Below, piece by piece: positions 14,423 to 26,874 of a stretch of DNA of 64,000 bases (position 1 is the first letter of the stretch; each line of letters starts with the position of its first letter). The stretch lies in the NCBI GenBank assembly GCA_904063045.1, contig CAJFCJ010000028.1:496001-560000 (forward strand). Direction: 5' to 3'. A model generated the notes under the pieces. That model worked only from the letters and a program-made list of their open reading frames with translations. It was not told where the DNA came from and made no database searches. The DNA is from Dimorphilus gyrociliatus. Taxonomy: Eukaryota; Animalia; Annelida. Both the position numbers and the translations under genes were made by a program.

Positions 14423-16823
14423 ATACACTTATTCATAAATATTCATCTTGAATAATAAAGTACTTCTCGGCTTCTTCTAAAAATATATTAAAAGAAAAGT
14501 CAACTTAACAGTTATTTTTTCAAACAAAATGATTAAATATAAATTATAAACAATATAAGCAATATTCCTTTGGTAGGCCTATAATATAAATATAAATTTT
14601 CCATTTTAACTAAAAACTCAGCACACAACTTCTTACGCGTAAAAAGCAAACTTTACAATGAATGATCGTTGTCAATCATTTCTTTGAAAATAAACAGAAT
14701 AGAGATAAACAATTTAATTATCAATATTGATCATTAAATTATAAGTTATTTATTACAATTTCTATCAAAAAATACTTATTTATTATTGTTTTATTACTAA
14801 AAAACCATGTTAGGTAAAGTTTTTGTGTGTGTTTAGGTGAGTGTGAGTGTGTATGTGTTTTTTTTCTTTTTTTGTTAAATTATTATTTATTCTTTTGTTC
14901 TTAAACTACAAATCAAAATGATTTGCATCTCTGTTCTATTTTGGCTAGAAATATACTTTTTTTTCGCTAACAATTCTATACTAGACATTGATATTATATT
15001 ATTTATGAATATTATTTACAAATGGTTATTTTTGCTATTTATTATTTATTATAAAAAGTCAATAGGAAAACGGAAAAACAAACTCCCTGCAACAAAGAGA
15101 ATATACAGTATATCCATACATGTTTATTTATTATTCATTTAAACAGTTTATTAAAATATTTGAAATGTTCTGTTTTCATGTTTATTAGATTATAAATATT
15201 TGATTAATTGTTGAAAACTATTTGTATTAGTTGATATCATCAGTAATATGATAAAAACTTAATTCCGAAAGTTTGTATTCTTGTTGTGAAAACTGGTAGT
15301 GTATGTTTCCCAAAGGTGAAGGTCGTGTCTAAAAAGTGGAATTTTCGTGTTGTTGTCTATATCATGAACTCATTTGATGATAACATGATTTTTTATATAT
15401 TTTTTTCATTAGAGTTTATTGACTTAAGAAAATTTTAATTTTTATTTAGGCCAATTACAAAAATAGGTGTTTATATTTTTAATTTATACTGTATATACAC
15501 ACATAAAATATATAGCATTTGTGTATTGATTGTCAACAGTAATTTTTTTTCATCAATTGGTTGACAGAAAGAAAAATTATACTTTGCAGTCGATTAAAGG
15601 GAGCATAAGAAATCCGTATACTATTTAGATTATACTCTTTTCTTGTATATATTTAATTATTAATATATTGATTATTGCAAGAAAAATATATGAGAATGGC
15701 GACATTAAATAAAAAATTTCATGTATCTTTCATAGACTGTGGAATGATATTACTTTTAACGATAAAGATGAAAATGAATAAATTTTAATAAGAATATTTA
15801 ACTATGCTTTTTATTCGCGCACTATAAAGAGTTTAAAAAGCATTTTTAGTTTTCTTTATTATAAATATGAGTATTAAAGATATACAATATGTATTGTTCA
15901 ATTTACAATCTCCAAGAGTTGCTGGGTTAACGTAGTATTATATTAAACTTGAATTTATTATAGTTTTGTCTAAACTTGTCTTATTCTGGGATATAATGTT
16001 GGATTGAGAGATAAGAGAATCATGAATGACAATCTTTCTTTTACAATTTATGCAATAAAATTTATATTATCGAACATTTTCCTTACACATTAAAAACCTA
16101 TAAAAACAAACATAACCACCCCCGCCTATATATACATTATGAATAAAAAAAACTATATTTCCAATATAATAAATACTATTCGAATGACCTAAATTATATA
16201 CAGTATATATATCTTTTTTGCCGTTTCCCTTTGCCGAATGAAGGAAAAAGCTTAGCCTTGTTTTCTTTTTAATGAAGACACTTAGTTATATTCAAATATA
16301 TATTTCTATATACATAATGTTATAGAGCTAATAATTTCTTATTCTATTACATTGTGATCAGTAAAGTAATCAAAATCGAATAGGAGGTATATTAAGAGAA
16401 GACTAAATGATTATTCTACATATTTTATTCATAATTAATTGAAGTTATTTGCAAAAACTAAACTCATTATTTATATGTTAATTAAAAATATATTTAATTA
16501 TAATATTTAATTATTTACTTAAAAGAATTAAAGATTTATATAATTGGGATAAGCCGACTTTATTTTAGATTTCAGTAATATTGAACAGACAATTCTGTCC
16601 TTTTCGTTAATCGTTCAATTCAAAGTTAAGGCCAATGATTTACATTGTTCACGTTTTCTCCTGTGGAAAAAGGCCTGTTTTTTTCAAGTATCGTTTGCAC
16701 CTTAACTTTGGCCTATAGACCAATATTTATAACAATTTTTAATATAAAATTTTTTACTAATAATAAATGATATAAGAATTTGAACAGAGAAGAAATATAT
16801 AATAGATATTAATTGGGTCAATT

Positions 16824-17763
16824 ATGATATTTCTTAATATTCAATTCGTAATACTGTTAATCATACATATTTTATTAATAAATACAAGTATTTGTGGTAA
16901 GTAATTAATTAAATATAATACGAATATTTGAAAAATTTATTTTCAATGGATTTCTCAATGAATCTACAGGAAATTGTGAAAAAATAAATTATTGCAAACA
17001 TAATGTTAAAGTATTGCCTACTTGCAAGTCATCTGACCATGGTTTATGTCCTCAAGGCTCTCATTTAAATTATAGTATTACGCATTGTAGTAAAAATCTA
17101 ACTACTACTGATGAATCTTTACAATGCAACTTTGCATGGACATTTAATGATTATAAAGAAATTTTGATTGTAAAAAAGATTGAAGTGATACCAAGCTGCT
17201 CTCACGATAGTACTAAAGTTAGGCTTCGTTGGGATGATTCAATATTATTGGACAATTATACACATTTCTTCTCAGAAATAATTGATGGAAAGAGAGTTGA
17301 TAAATTATTTTCCTGTGTTGCTGTTAAACCAAAAGGGAAATTCTTGGTAACTACTGATTTACCAAAAAACTGCCACACGCCAATAGAAATGTGGGTCCAT
17401 GCAAAACGTATTGTATCATGTTCCCTTTTCGGAAAGCAGCTTTCTAATATTTTAATTATTTCGATATTTAGCTTTGGCAGATGACGAAAATTGCATTGAC
17501 AAGTCTAGTATGCCTAAATGGGGTAATTATAAATAAATATAAATATACATGTACATCAATAAATACAGTAATACACCGTTATTTTTCAATTAGCCATTGC
17601 AGTTCTTGTTGTTGGGACATTAGTTTTCATAGGAGCAATTTTTGCATGTTCATACGTAGCCGTAAAGAATAAGAAAACACATTTAGAAACTGATTATCAA
17701 TTCAATGTGCTTCAAGGAGATGATCATTTATTCTCAATTGAGGAAAAGGCAAGATCACAATAA
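16824..17763 (+). CDS. Orphan type I membrane protein, ~244 aa, Cys-rich ectodomain
   Basis: Exons 16824-16896 (signal-peptide-like MIFLNIQFVILLIIHILLINTSIC), 16970-17407, 17472-17522, 17594-17763 (TM AIAVLVVGTLVFIGAIFACSYVAV, then a basic stop-transfer and short tail). All introns phase 1. Confidence 0.8.
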
Positions 17764-18620
17764 TTTTTGTTATTGTCGTTAATTTTATAAAAGACTTTTT
17801 ATTGTATGTAGTTGAATTTTAGAATGTTACAAATTTGTTTTTTATTAGTTTCTCCAATTCTTCCTATTAATAAATTTATTATAAGATTTCTATCCCAAGA
17901 AATAGAAAGTTTATTTATATAGAAAAGGAAAGAAAGTTAAGTATTAAAGAACTACAGTATATATACACATACATGAATACATAAGATATATAGACAACAA
18001 TAATTTGAAGAAATTCTTCCTATAAACAAAAGAATAGACGCTTATGTTCTTAATTACAAATTACTTATAGCTCTAATATTTCTAATTGTAAATAAATTAC
18101 AAATCTAACATTGGTGTTTTTTTTGTATAAATACGGTTTAATTGAATTAATTTATTTTTGGCTTGAATCGTGATCTATTTTTACAATTGAATTTCACTTT
18201 TAAGAAAGAAATAAAGTTAGTTTAAGGGAAAATATTTTGTCAAATGTTATTTTGTTAATTCATCTCTGCTATGAGTAATTGTGATAAATCATCCTTCCTA
18301 TGTTAGGCTAAATAATTTGCATTAAATATTTATAAAGCTCTATATTTTTATTTTATATTTTACTATCTTTCCCTTTTGCAAAAATATATAATATCTATAG
18401 ATTGTAATTTAAGGTGTTCAATTTTTATTTTCGTCATATCACGATTCCCTACGATACAGACTGAAAAATTATTGGGGCACTTTTGAAAGGCTAGAAATCT
18501 GAATGTTTTAACAAAGTCGTGTTGAAAGCGCCCTCTATTTTACCCTATTTAAATAGTTTTGTATATTAGTAATCGGATGTTGAAGACTTGATAGAATATT
18601 GTACAAGCACGATCACAGCC

Positions 18621-21600
18621 ATGGTCGAATATTCTCTTTACTATTTTCTTGTTATTTTATCCTGTTTTGAAATTGGTAAGGTTTATTATTAATTCTAAAA
18701 TATACTTAACATGATTGATGAAGGGAGAGAATAAGATAAGATAATCTTAAACGACACTTAGTCAGCCAAATATTATATATGTTGGATAATCTGGTAAAGC
18801 TAGATATTATAATGAAGACAATACTTAATAGGACTAATGATTAAATGTCTTTCCTATAATTTTACAGTAAGATAAAATTAATTGCTTAGTTGTAAAGTAT
18901 TTAATAGATATTTAAAGAGAGATCATTGGCTGACTGAGCTCTTTCTAATAGATCCGTGTTGGTAATTTTTCTTCTCTGTTCTTTGACTACATTGAAAAAG
19001 TCTTCTATTTATATATTCTTACTTTTATTTAGCATATCCAAAGATTATTGCTTGGACACAAAATGAGCATAGTTGGACCAGAGTTCGCTTTGTTGATACC
19101 GAACAGAATTATGATAAATCTCGTTTATTTGATAGTTATCCACACTTTAAATCCCAGCAGATCGGTATTACATACGATAATTGTAATCAGAGGTGGATAA
19201 CGTCGTTAAACAATGGTAGTCTAATGAGCATTGCCAAAAGAAACGATCTAATGATTGACAATATGCCAACTGCTACTTCTATCAGTTTTGATGATGAAAA
19301 TAATCAATTTTATTGGACCTCAAAAGGTATAATAGGTATTGGACTATCAAAGTATGGACATGTAAAAGATATTTGGAAAGCACTGTTCACTGAACAGGTT
19401 GAAACGCCAACAAGTATTGTTGTTCAAGATAAGTAAGTCGATCCTTCAGTATTTTAGTAATGTTGTTTAGATCTCTTGACAATATCATAGAGAATATATA
19501 TATATATTTAGGCTATAAGTTTAAATAGTTGAAATATTATAAAAAATAAGGTACTTTATTTCGCTGACTAAGAGAGAAACTATTTTTTTATTGTCTCATC
19601 ATAGTTTTTTCATTCAAAAAGGTCAAATTATTGTTATTCAAATGAATACAGGGAAAAAAAACAATATATATATATATATATAAACTGTATATACTGTATG
19701 TATATATATATTTTTTGCATATATATAACTGATATTATTTATTCAGTATATGAAAATTATTATGTATATTTCTATTTGAAAATGTCATCATTCATCTTTT
19801 TTTTGTAATAAAAAAGAGTTTATATATATGAGTTTATTTCAACATTTTAACTGACTAAATATACAGCATATGTCTATTTTTTTGTTGAAAAGCTAAAATT
19901 TAGTAAATAAACTCTACTTTACCTGTAGGTAGATAAAAGCAGATCTTGTTTATTTAACGCTTATATTAGGTATATATTTTGTAGTCAAGTCATTTTTATC
20001 CATTTTTTATTTTAGTTTGCTCATCGTTTGAAAACGATAGAATAGTTATTACAGAATGAAGAGCCTGGTAAAAAGTACAATTAAGATAAAAAGATATTAA
20101 AGATATATATATATATATATTTATATACAATATAAAGTATATATTATCTCTATATCTCTTTTCTTTCTATTTTACCAAAACCCTCAATTCTATGAAAACT
20201 ATTCAAAAGTTCGAGAGCGAATGTGAAAAGTCGCATGTTTACAGATGGCTCTAGGCATCTTATTTGACATTCAATGAGATATTGTTTTCTCGTTTCTATA
20301 GTTATCAATCATTCATGAATATTAATTAACATTATTTGATTTTATCACTAATTTCTCCTATTGTTATTTTAAGCTACATCTTTTGGTCGGATATTGGCAG
20401 GGGAACAATAGAGAAATCATCAAAATCTGGCAACGACAGAGAAATAATTTATAATTTTTCAAGCAATGCAATCATAGGAGCCAATTTAGCAATTCACGAC
20501 AATCGTATTTTTGTTCTAGAAAGGCGTAAAACATCTTATGACGTCTTTAGTTTACAATTTGACGGTCAAGCTAGAAAATATCATATTTTTGAAAATACTA
20601 ATACAGTGAGGAATACCTTCTCAGTCTTCGATGATAAAATAATTCTGGTTGATGAAAACACGTTGGATATGGAGATACACATTAAGACGACATTCTCAAT
20701 TTATCAACGTGAAAAAGTAATGCTTCAAAATATTCTTATAGTATTAGCATTTAAGCCAACATACAGTCTTATTGTATAATATAGCTTCTTATTATGTAAC
20801 CTATATATGGGGTATAATTTACTATTTAAGAAACTTTATATGAAATTTGACCTTTGATATTGGTAAAGTCAACCAATTGAGAAATTCCCATGTTTATCAT
20901 TTGCTCTAAACTAGGCAGGATAACGAATATAAAAAACTATATATAAATTATTAATTTTGAGGCGTTACTTTTAAGTTAATATCTTTGGATGCTTTAACCG
21001 AACATTTAGCATTTAAAACACAAGATAAGGGAGAATGTAAAGAGTGTGAAATATGCAGTGATTTCTGTTTCGTTGAAGGGTGCCGATGCCGACAAAATGC
21101 TATTTTGGAATTAGATAAGAGAAACTGTATTCCTCACAATCCAAAAATTGTGTTCTCAATGACAAATCAAGTCTATTGGTCATCTTTTCGAATACCACCA
21201 AGCGTAAATGAGGAAGTTTACATCAATCCTATTCCATTTGGAGTTGATTTCGTTCACCTTGAGAGCATAGCTTACTACAATGAAGAAGACTTACTCTTTC
21301 TATCAGACACTGGGTCACAAATAATGTATAGTAGCAAGGTAATAGCAATTTATTTCTTACTTATAAGTAGACTATTAATGTCAGAGGAGATAGATGAGTA
21401 GATTGCAAAAAAGAATTAGACTGATAGGGAAAGATAGCTAATATTTATAAAATATAGGATCATAATTTTACATGTTGAAGGCTTGTCAAACGATCGTGTT
21501 GCTGTCTTGTAAGAAGAAGATAATATTTTATCTAAGTCATTTAAACAATACAGAATTACTTGTACTAAGCTTGCAATATACGTAATTAATTAATGAAATA

Positions 21601-24397
21601 GATTCATTCACATTTATTGTTCCATCTTTTTTGTTTCTTTTGAAAAATTGCGTAATACTTCAACTACAAATTGCTTCTAATGTTTTGTTCTATTTTTTTT
21701 TATTCACTTTTTTTGGGTTGTTTGACAGGTCGATGGAAGTAGAATGTTTGAAATGTTAGTGAATACTAGAGATGCTAGCGGAAGTATTGTAGATTGGATT
21801 TCCGGTCAACTATACTGGTCAGATTGGTTTTCCAAAAGAATAATGACAGCGAAACTAGATGCTAGATATCCGTCCGTTTTCTTTGAGGCAAAAGGAATGG
21901 AAAGAATAACTTCGATGGCTATTGATGCAGTGGGAATAAACTTTTTTACCAAAGTTCCAACATTATTCATCTCAACTGAAAAGGAAATTCATTCTGTTGA
22001 TTTGGCAAATAAGAATTTGAAAAAAATATACGAATCTGAATATCAAATAAAGAATATTATATTTGATTCCAGGGAGAATAGATTGTGCTTTTCTTGCTAT
22101 CCTTGGAAAATTGGATGTTTAAACGCTAAAGGAGAATATTTTTTTAAAAAACCAGCAACTCAGAGTTCTAGCATAGGTGGATTAAGCTCCTTTGGGGATG
22201 TTTGGATATGGACGGCGGACAATAGCAACCTAAGAGTTGGTAGAGGAGAATTGGGTGAGAGTCTCAGACAGCAGAAAATAAGCAAGCAAGATTTAAATGG
22301 AAAAGCAGAAGACAGCATACTCTTCAGTAATTATATGCAACCAAAGTCGAAGTCGAATTCTCTTTGTCATCAATTAAATCAGGGAAACGTTTGTTCATGT
22401 GGAATAGGATTTCAACTGGACAAGGATTACAAAACGTGCAAGCCAGGTATCTGTCCGATTTATTTTCAAATTTGTATTGCATATGCAAGTGTTTTTGATA
22501 TTCCAATTATAACGAACATTTTTTTCTCTACAGCTGGCGGTATGAAAACTTCACAATTTTTATTATTTACCGATCCATATCATAAGCAATTTTATCAAGC
22601 TTCAATTCAAAGCAACGGAAATGTTAGTATAACAGGGACTAAACATTTACCTGATTTCCCACACACATTCGACATGGATCCGGAAGTAGGATCATTAGTG
22701 TGGATAGACTCTCATCCTCTTTCAGTTTCTAAATTGTATTTAGCAAATTTTATGAAACCTACGCGGGTAAACCTAATTTTAAATGATATCAGAAAACCTC
22801 TAAAAGTAAGAACCTACCGCTCTGAAATTTATGTCCTTTTCAAGAACGAGATAAGTCGTCTTGAAGGTGACAAATTATCGATTGTTATATCAAATATATC
22901 AAGTGGAAAGGATATGGCTATAAATAATAATGGCTTATTTTTCACCGACTCAAGAGGTTTACATGTTGCTAACAAGGAGAAGAACACTTTTCAAATTGAA
23001 ACAATCTATTTTGAAGATTCTTGCAACGCCATCTCCATTTTGGATGACGAAGTGAGTTAAAAATGATTAATCTTACGAGTGTGCATTTTATTTGACAAAA
23101 AGAAATCTAAGTTTGTAAATTATTGATAATTTAATAATATCAGAATATCACAAAGATTACGGCATCCTCTTGTGATATTTTATTTGAATTTGCTTAAGCT
23201 CCGACTGAGCTAGGTAATCGAAATGACTGAATATTTGAGTTTTAAGGTACTTTAAGATTAGCGGTTGATGAAGGCGAATCTCCCTAAGGTCATTTAGAAG
23301 ACCTCCTGCGTCTATTAAATTAATGAGGAATTTCAGCTGACCAGAGTAGGAAAGGGCTTCTAAACTTTACAAGCATTACTGCAACACCTTATCAAAGATT
23401 CGATATTAACAGGTGGTATAATCTAAACAGATAATAGTAAATAGATCGAGCGCACATGCCCACACTATTCTAAATATACTGGTGTTTTTCCCTTCCAACC
23501 CATTTGTTTTTGATCCTCCGACTTTCAAATGAGCATACTACAATAAATCTCTTTTTATATTTCTAGATATTCTTCTCTAAAGATAATCAAATAATGAGGA
23601 TGAATTTTACAACTAAAAGCATAGAAAATTACTTTACTTTTCAAAAGGGAATTATTAGCTTGACTGCATCCAAAACACACGTATTCTTCTCTACATTCAC
23701 TGAAAAGTTGGTCTATAGGATCTTTAATGGATCAACCATCGATGAATTGACGCAAGATTATTTTTCAAGAATAACTGATATGAAATTTTTCGAAAAAATT
23801 AGTAATACCCCCTCGACAAGAGTTCATACTGACGAGGATGATGAAGTTTCGATACTAGTAATAATATCAAGTACCGCGGGAGCCAGTATCCTTATAGTTT
23901 TGCTTGTTCTATTATTATTCTTATGTCTAAGACCAAAGAAGAAGAAAGATAAGAAAGCAGAGTCGAGTACGGGAGATACTGAATCTGAAATAGTATATGA
24001 TATCAATCAATTTGAAGCAGCGGAATCGAATGCACAATCATTAGAGAATCAAACTGTACCTTCTCCTCTTAATGAACAGCCAACGTCTACAGATATACCA
24101 CCACCGGTACCACCACTACGTTTTACAAAAAATGAGAAAAAGTCCAAAAAAGAGAGACGCTCTAAATTTTCACTGCCAAAAGATAAGCCTGTCGGTACGA
24201 TGATTGGTCGGATAGCTAATAGATTGAGAGGAGGAATAGATTCTATTAGGTGGCCAAAAAATAAATTACCATATGAAGACGAAGGTTACCTTGAACCAAA
24301 TCCACCTCCAAAGGAGTCAAGGGTTCCAGTAGACGTGCCTCTCTCACTTCATCCAATGCCAAAAGGTTTTAAGCCAGCATCTCATTCTCAACGTTAG
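18621..24397 (+). CDS. LRP/pro-EGF-like receptor, ~1075 aa: signal, three YWTD propellers with EGF linkers, TM, Pro/Tyr-motif tail
   Basis: Exons 18621-18675, 19033-19432, 20374-20716, 20976-21338, 21729-22446, 22534-23051, 23567-24397. YWTS, FWSD, LYWSD and FFTD blades; EGFs CRC...ELDKRNC and CSC...LDKDYKTC; TM ILIVLLVLLLFLCL followed by RPKKKK. A few junctions have alternatives. Confidence 0.88.
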
Positions 24398-24730
24398 CAA
24401 GAAAATATTGGTTTTATCCCATATTTTCTTCACCCTTGAGCACCTTTTATTATGAAAACTGTTTATTTTTTTTGTCACTTGTCATACTTGAACCAAATCC
24501 ATATTTTATTTTTTTTTTGTGTATTACTATAAAAAGTATGTATGCTACATACAGTATTTATACAATATATACACGATATATAACATTATACAGTATCCCG
24601 TGGTACGTGTTTATTTATAAATTAAGTGCAACATTAGTTTGATTAGACTGGTATTTTTTTTTATATAAATAAAAGATTAATTGGAAATAGAGATGATGTA
24701 ATTAATTAACCTTGAAATTATTCAGAAATA

Positions 24731-24791
24731 TATGGCAACCAATAGGGTAAGAGGGCAAATACGTAAACATTTCCGGAAGTTTTTATAAATA
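24731..24791 (+). promoter_or_regulatory. Probable core promoter of the corazonin-receptor gene
   Basis: RFX-like half site TATGGCAAC 24731-24739, CCAAT 24739-24743, ETS CCGGAAGT 24773-24780, TATAAATA 24784-24791. A donor-like aag|gttaag follows at 24934, and an acceptor tttccacag| lies just before the ATG at 26875. Confidence 0.5.
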
Positions 24792-26874
24792 GATCGGAAC
24801 TTTTGCTGTTTGAAGCAGTTCAAAGTCGGTAACGTAGGAAAAGAGAAAAGGGCAGCTTGCCGTAAGAAATTTCTTCTTCATTCTTCCACAGAAGCCTCTA
24901 GTTATTTTCTCGTCGTCTCATTACTGATTTAAGGTTAAGAGAAATTACTTCAAAGACTATTTTCAATGTATTTCTTATCTTTTATTTAAAGTTAGGCTAT
25001 GAGGCTGTTATTAATTTTAAAGGATGGAAAAAAGGATATTTTCGTAACTTTTGTATAGATTAAAGATTGAAATTGTAAATTTTTCATTTTCTGTCTAATT
25101 GCTCTGGTAATTTTTGAGAATTTAGTAGAAGAAATGATGAAACCTGCATATTCAAGGGAATGTAAATTTTAATGTTTAATGTCACAAGAGTGTTTAACTA
25201 GAAGAACGACAACATTACGACATAATTAGAAAGGGTAGTATTTGTGAAAATATCAAAAGGCCATTTTGAACTCTTTTATACAAGAGAAACTTGTTTAACC
25301 TTTACATTTAAAATCCTTTTATAGACTATAGTTTGTTTTGTTTCTTACTTTGTCTATTTAATTTTTAGTTTATTCTTAATGTCAGTTTGATTCTTATGTT
25401 TATCTGTTATTTCATTTCTGCTGTAAACTATTAACAATATTTAAAAGAGATATTTATTTACTTTACGTAATTCTTTTAAAAAACTAACTTTTTTTATAAT
25501 TGCGAAGATAGCAAAATATGACATCTTTCTGTAATACAGATGAAACTTTTTCCATATTACGTAATTATATACTATTATCTATATCTTCTGAAGTATAAAG
25601 AGGGCTATTTAGACTTTTACTACATATATTTTGTTTCTTTCTATTGAGATATTGTAAATAATTAAATAATTATATACAATATACAAATATACAACTAATA
25701 CAGTATACTGTATATGAAAATGTTGATTTTGAAAATCTTTGCTTTATCGTATTTTTTTAACCTAGTTTTTTTCTTAATAGCGTTTTAACTTAAGTAGAGT
25801 TTATTTTAATGTCATCTGTTGAATATACAATATATTCCGTGTATCTTTTTTAAGCTCATTTTCTTCGCCTAATGTAAAACTAAAGGAAAAAGCCCCTTAT
25901 AAGAGGATGGCGGGTGCGCTGAAAGAATTTCTCTTAAAGATTTCGGTTTTTTTCCTCCTTTTTTTTTCTTTCTTTTAACGAGACGAGTTTTTCTAATGAA
26001 TATTCGGGTGAAACGGGGGAAAAAGTATGGAAATTAACGCAGTACGCAACGATAATAAATCTCTTACAAATATTTGGTGACGTTCCGCACTGAAACGCTT
26101 CGTTGTAATATATAAATAAATACAGTAAATATACTAATATATATATATATATATATATATAGTAGTATATATATTTATGTACATGCGTATGTATTTCTTT
26201 TTTTTTTTGACCTGATGAAAGAAAGAGCGGTCAATCCAATTTCTGCTTTTAGAGCTTCCCCGAGCAAGAAATCTACTGCTGAAGAATTGCTTACTAGATT
26301 CTCATCTGTATCCTATGCTTTATATTTTACATTCTCCATCGTCCTTTCTATATCGGAAACAAAGAAATGGGAAAATTGATAGTCGGGAAACAATAGCTAT
26401 TTTCAACGGCTTCTAGGAAAAATTATAGTAATAGGCCTCGTTTGAAAAGTTTGTACGCATGTTTAACGAAGTACTGCCAAAATTTTGTGGTAGATGCTTT
26501 CTTTGATTGATAACGAAAGCTTGCGAAGAATTGTTTGTAAATTTCCGTTACGGGTCGTCTGTTACGAGTCGTCAATAGGAATTATAGACTTCCTGTACTA
26601 TCTCAACATCGACAACGCCATCTATAGTGAATAATTAATAAAGTGAAGCTTTTTTCCTCATTCTTCCCCTATTGGTCTATAAGCCTGTCTCATACTCTCT
26701 CCTCTCGAACTTCATCTCGTCCAGTTCGTCTATCTATTCATCTCACTATTTGCCTGTCTTAAAATATATTTATCTTCCTCTCTATCTATTCTTCTTTTAA
26801 GTTGGGAGAAAATATTTTTATTCTGATTTCGACCAACTACCGCTAAAACTACATCAACAGTTTCCACAGGAGAC

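Noticed and set aside
16621-16710. 11-bp inverted repeat CAAAGTTAAGG as MITE termini
   Set aside because: No target-site duplication and no second copy seen in the window.
25134-25140. Box C (ATGATGA) suggesting a C/D snoRNA
   Set aside because: No box D (CTGA) at a suitable distance and no terminal stem.
25909-25923. RE1/REST-like GGCGGGTGCGCTGAA upstream of the receptor
   Set aside because: Only a partial half-site match with wrong spacing.
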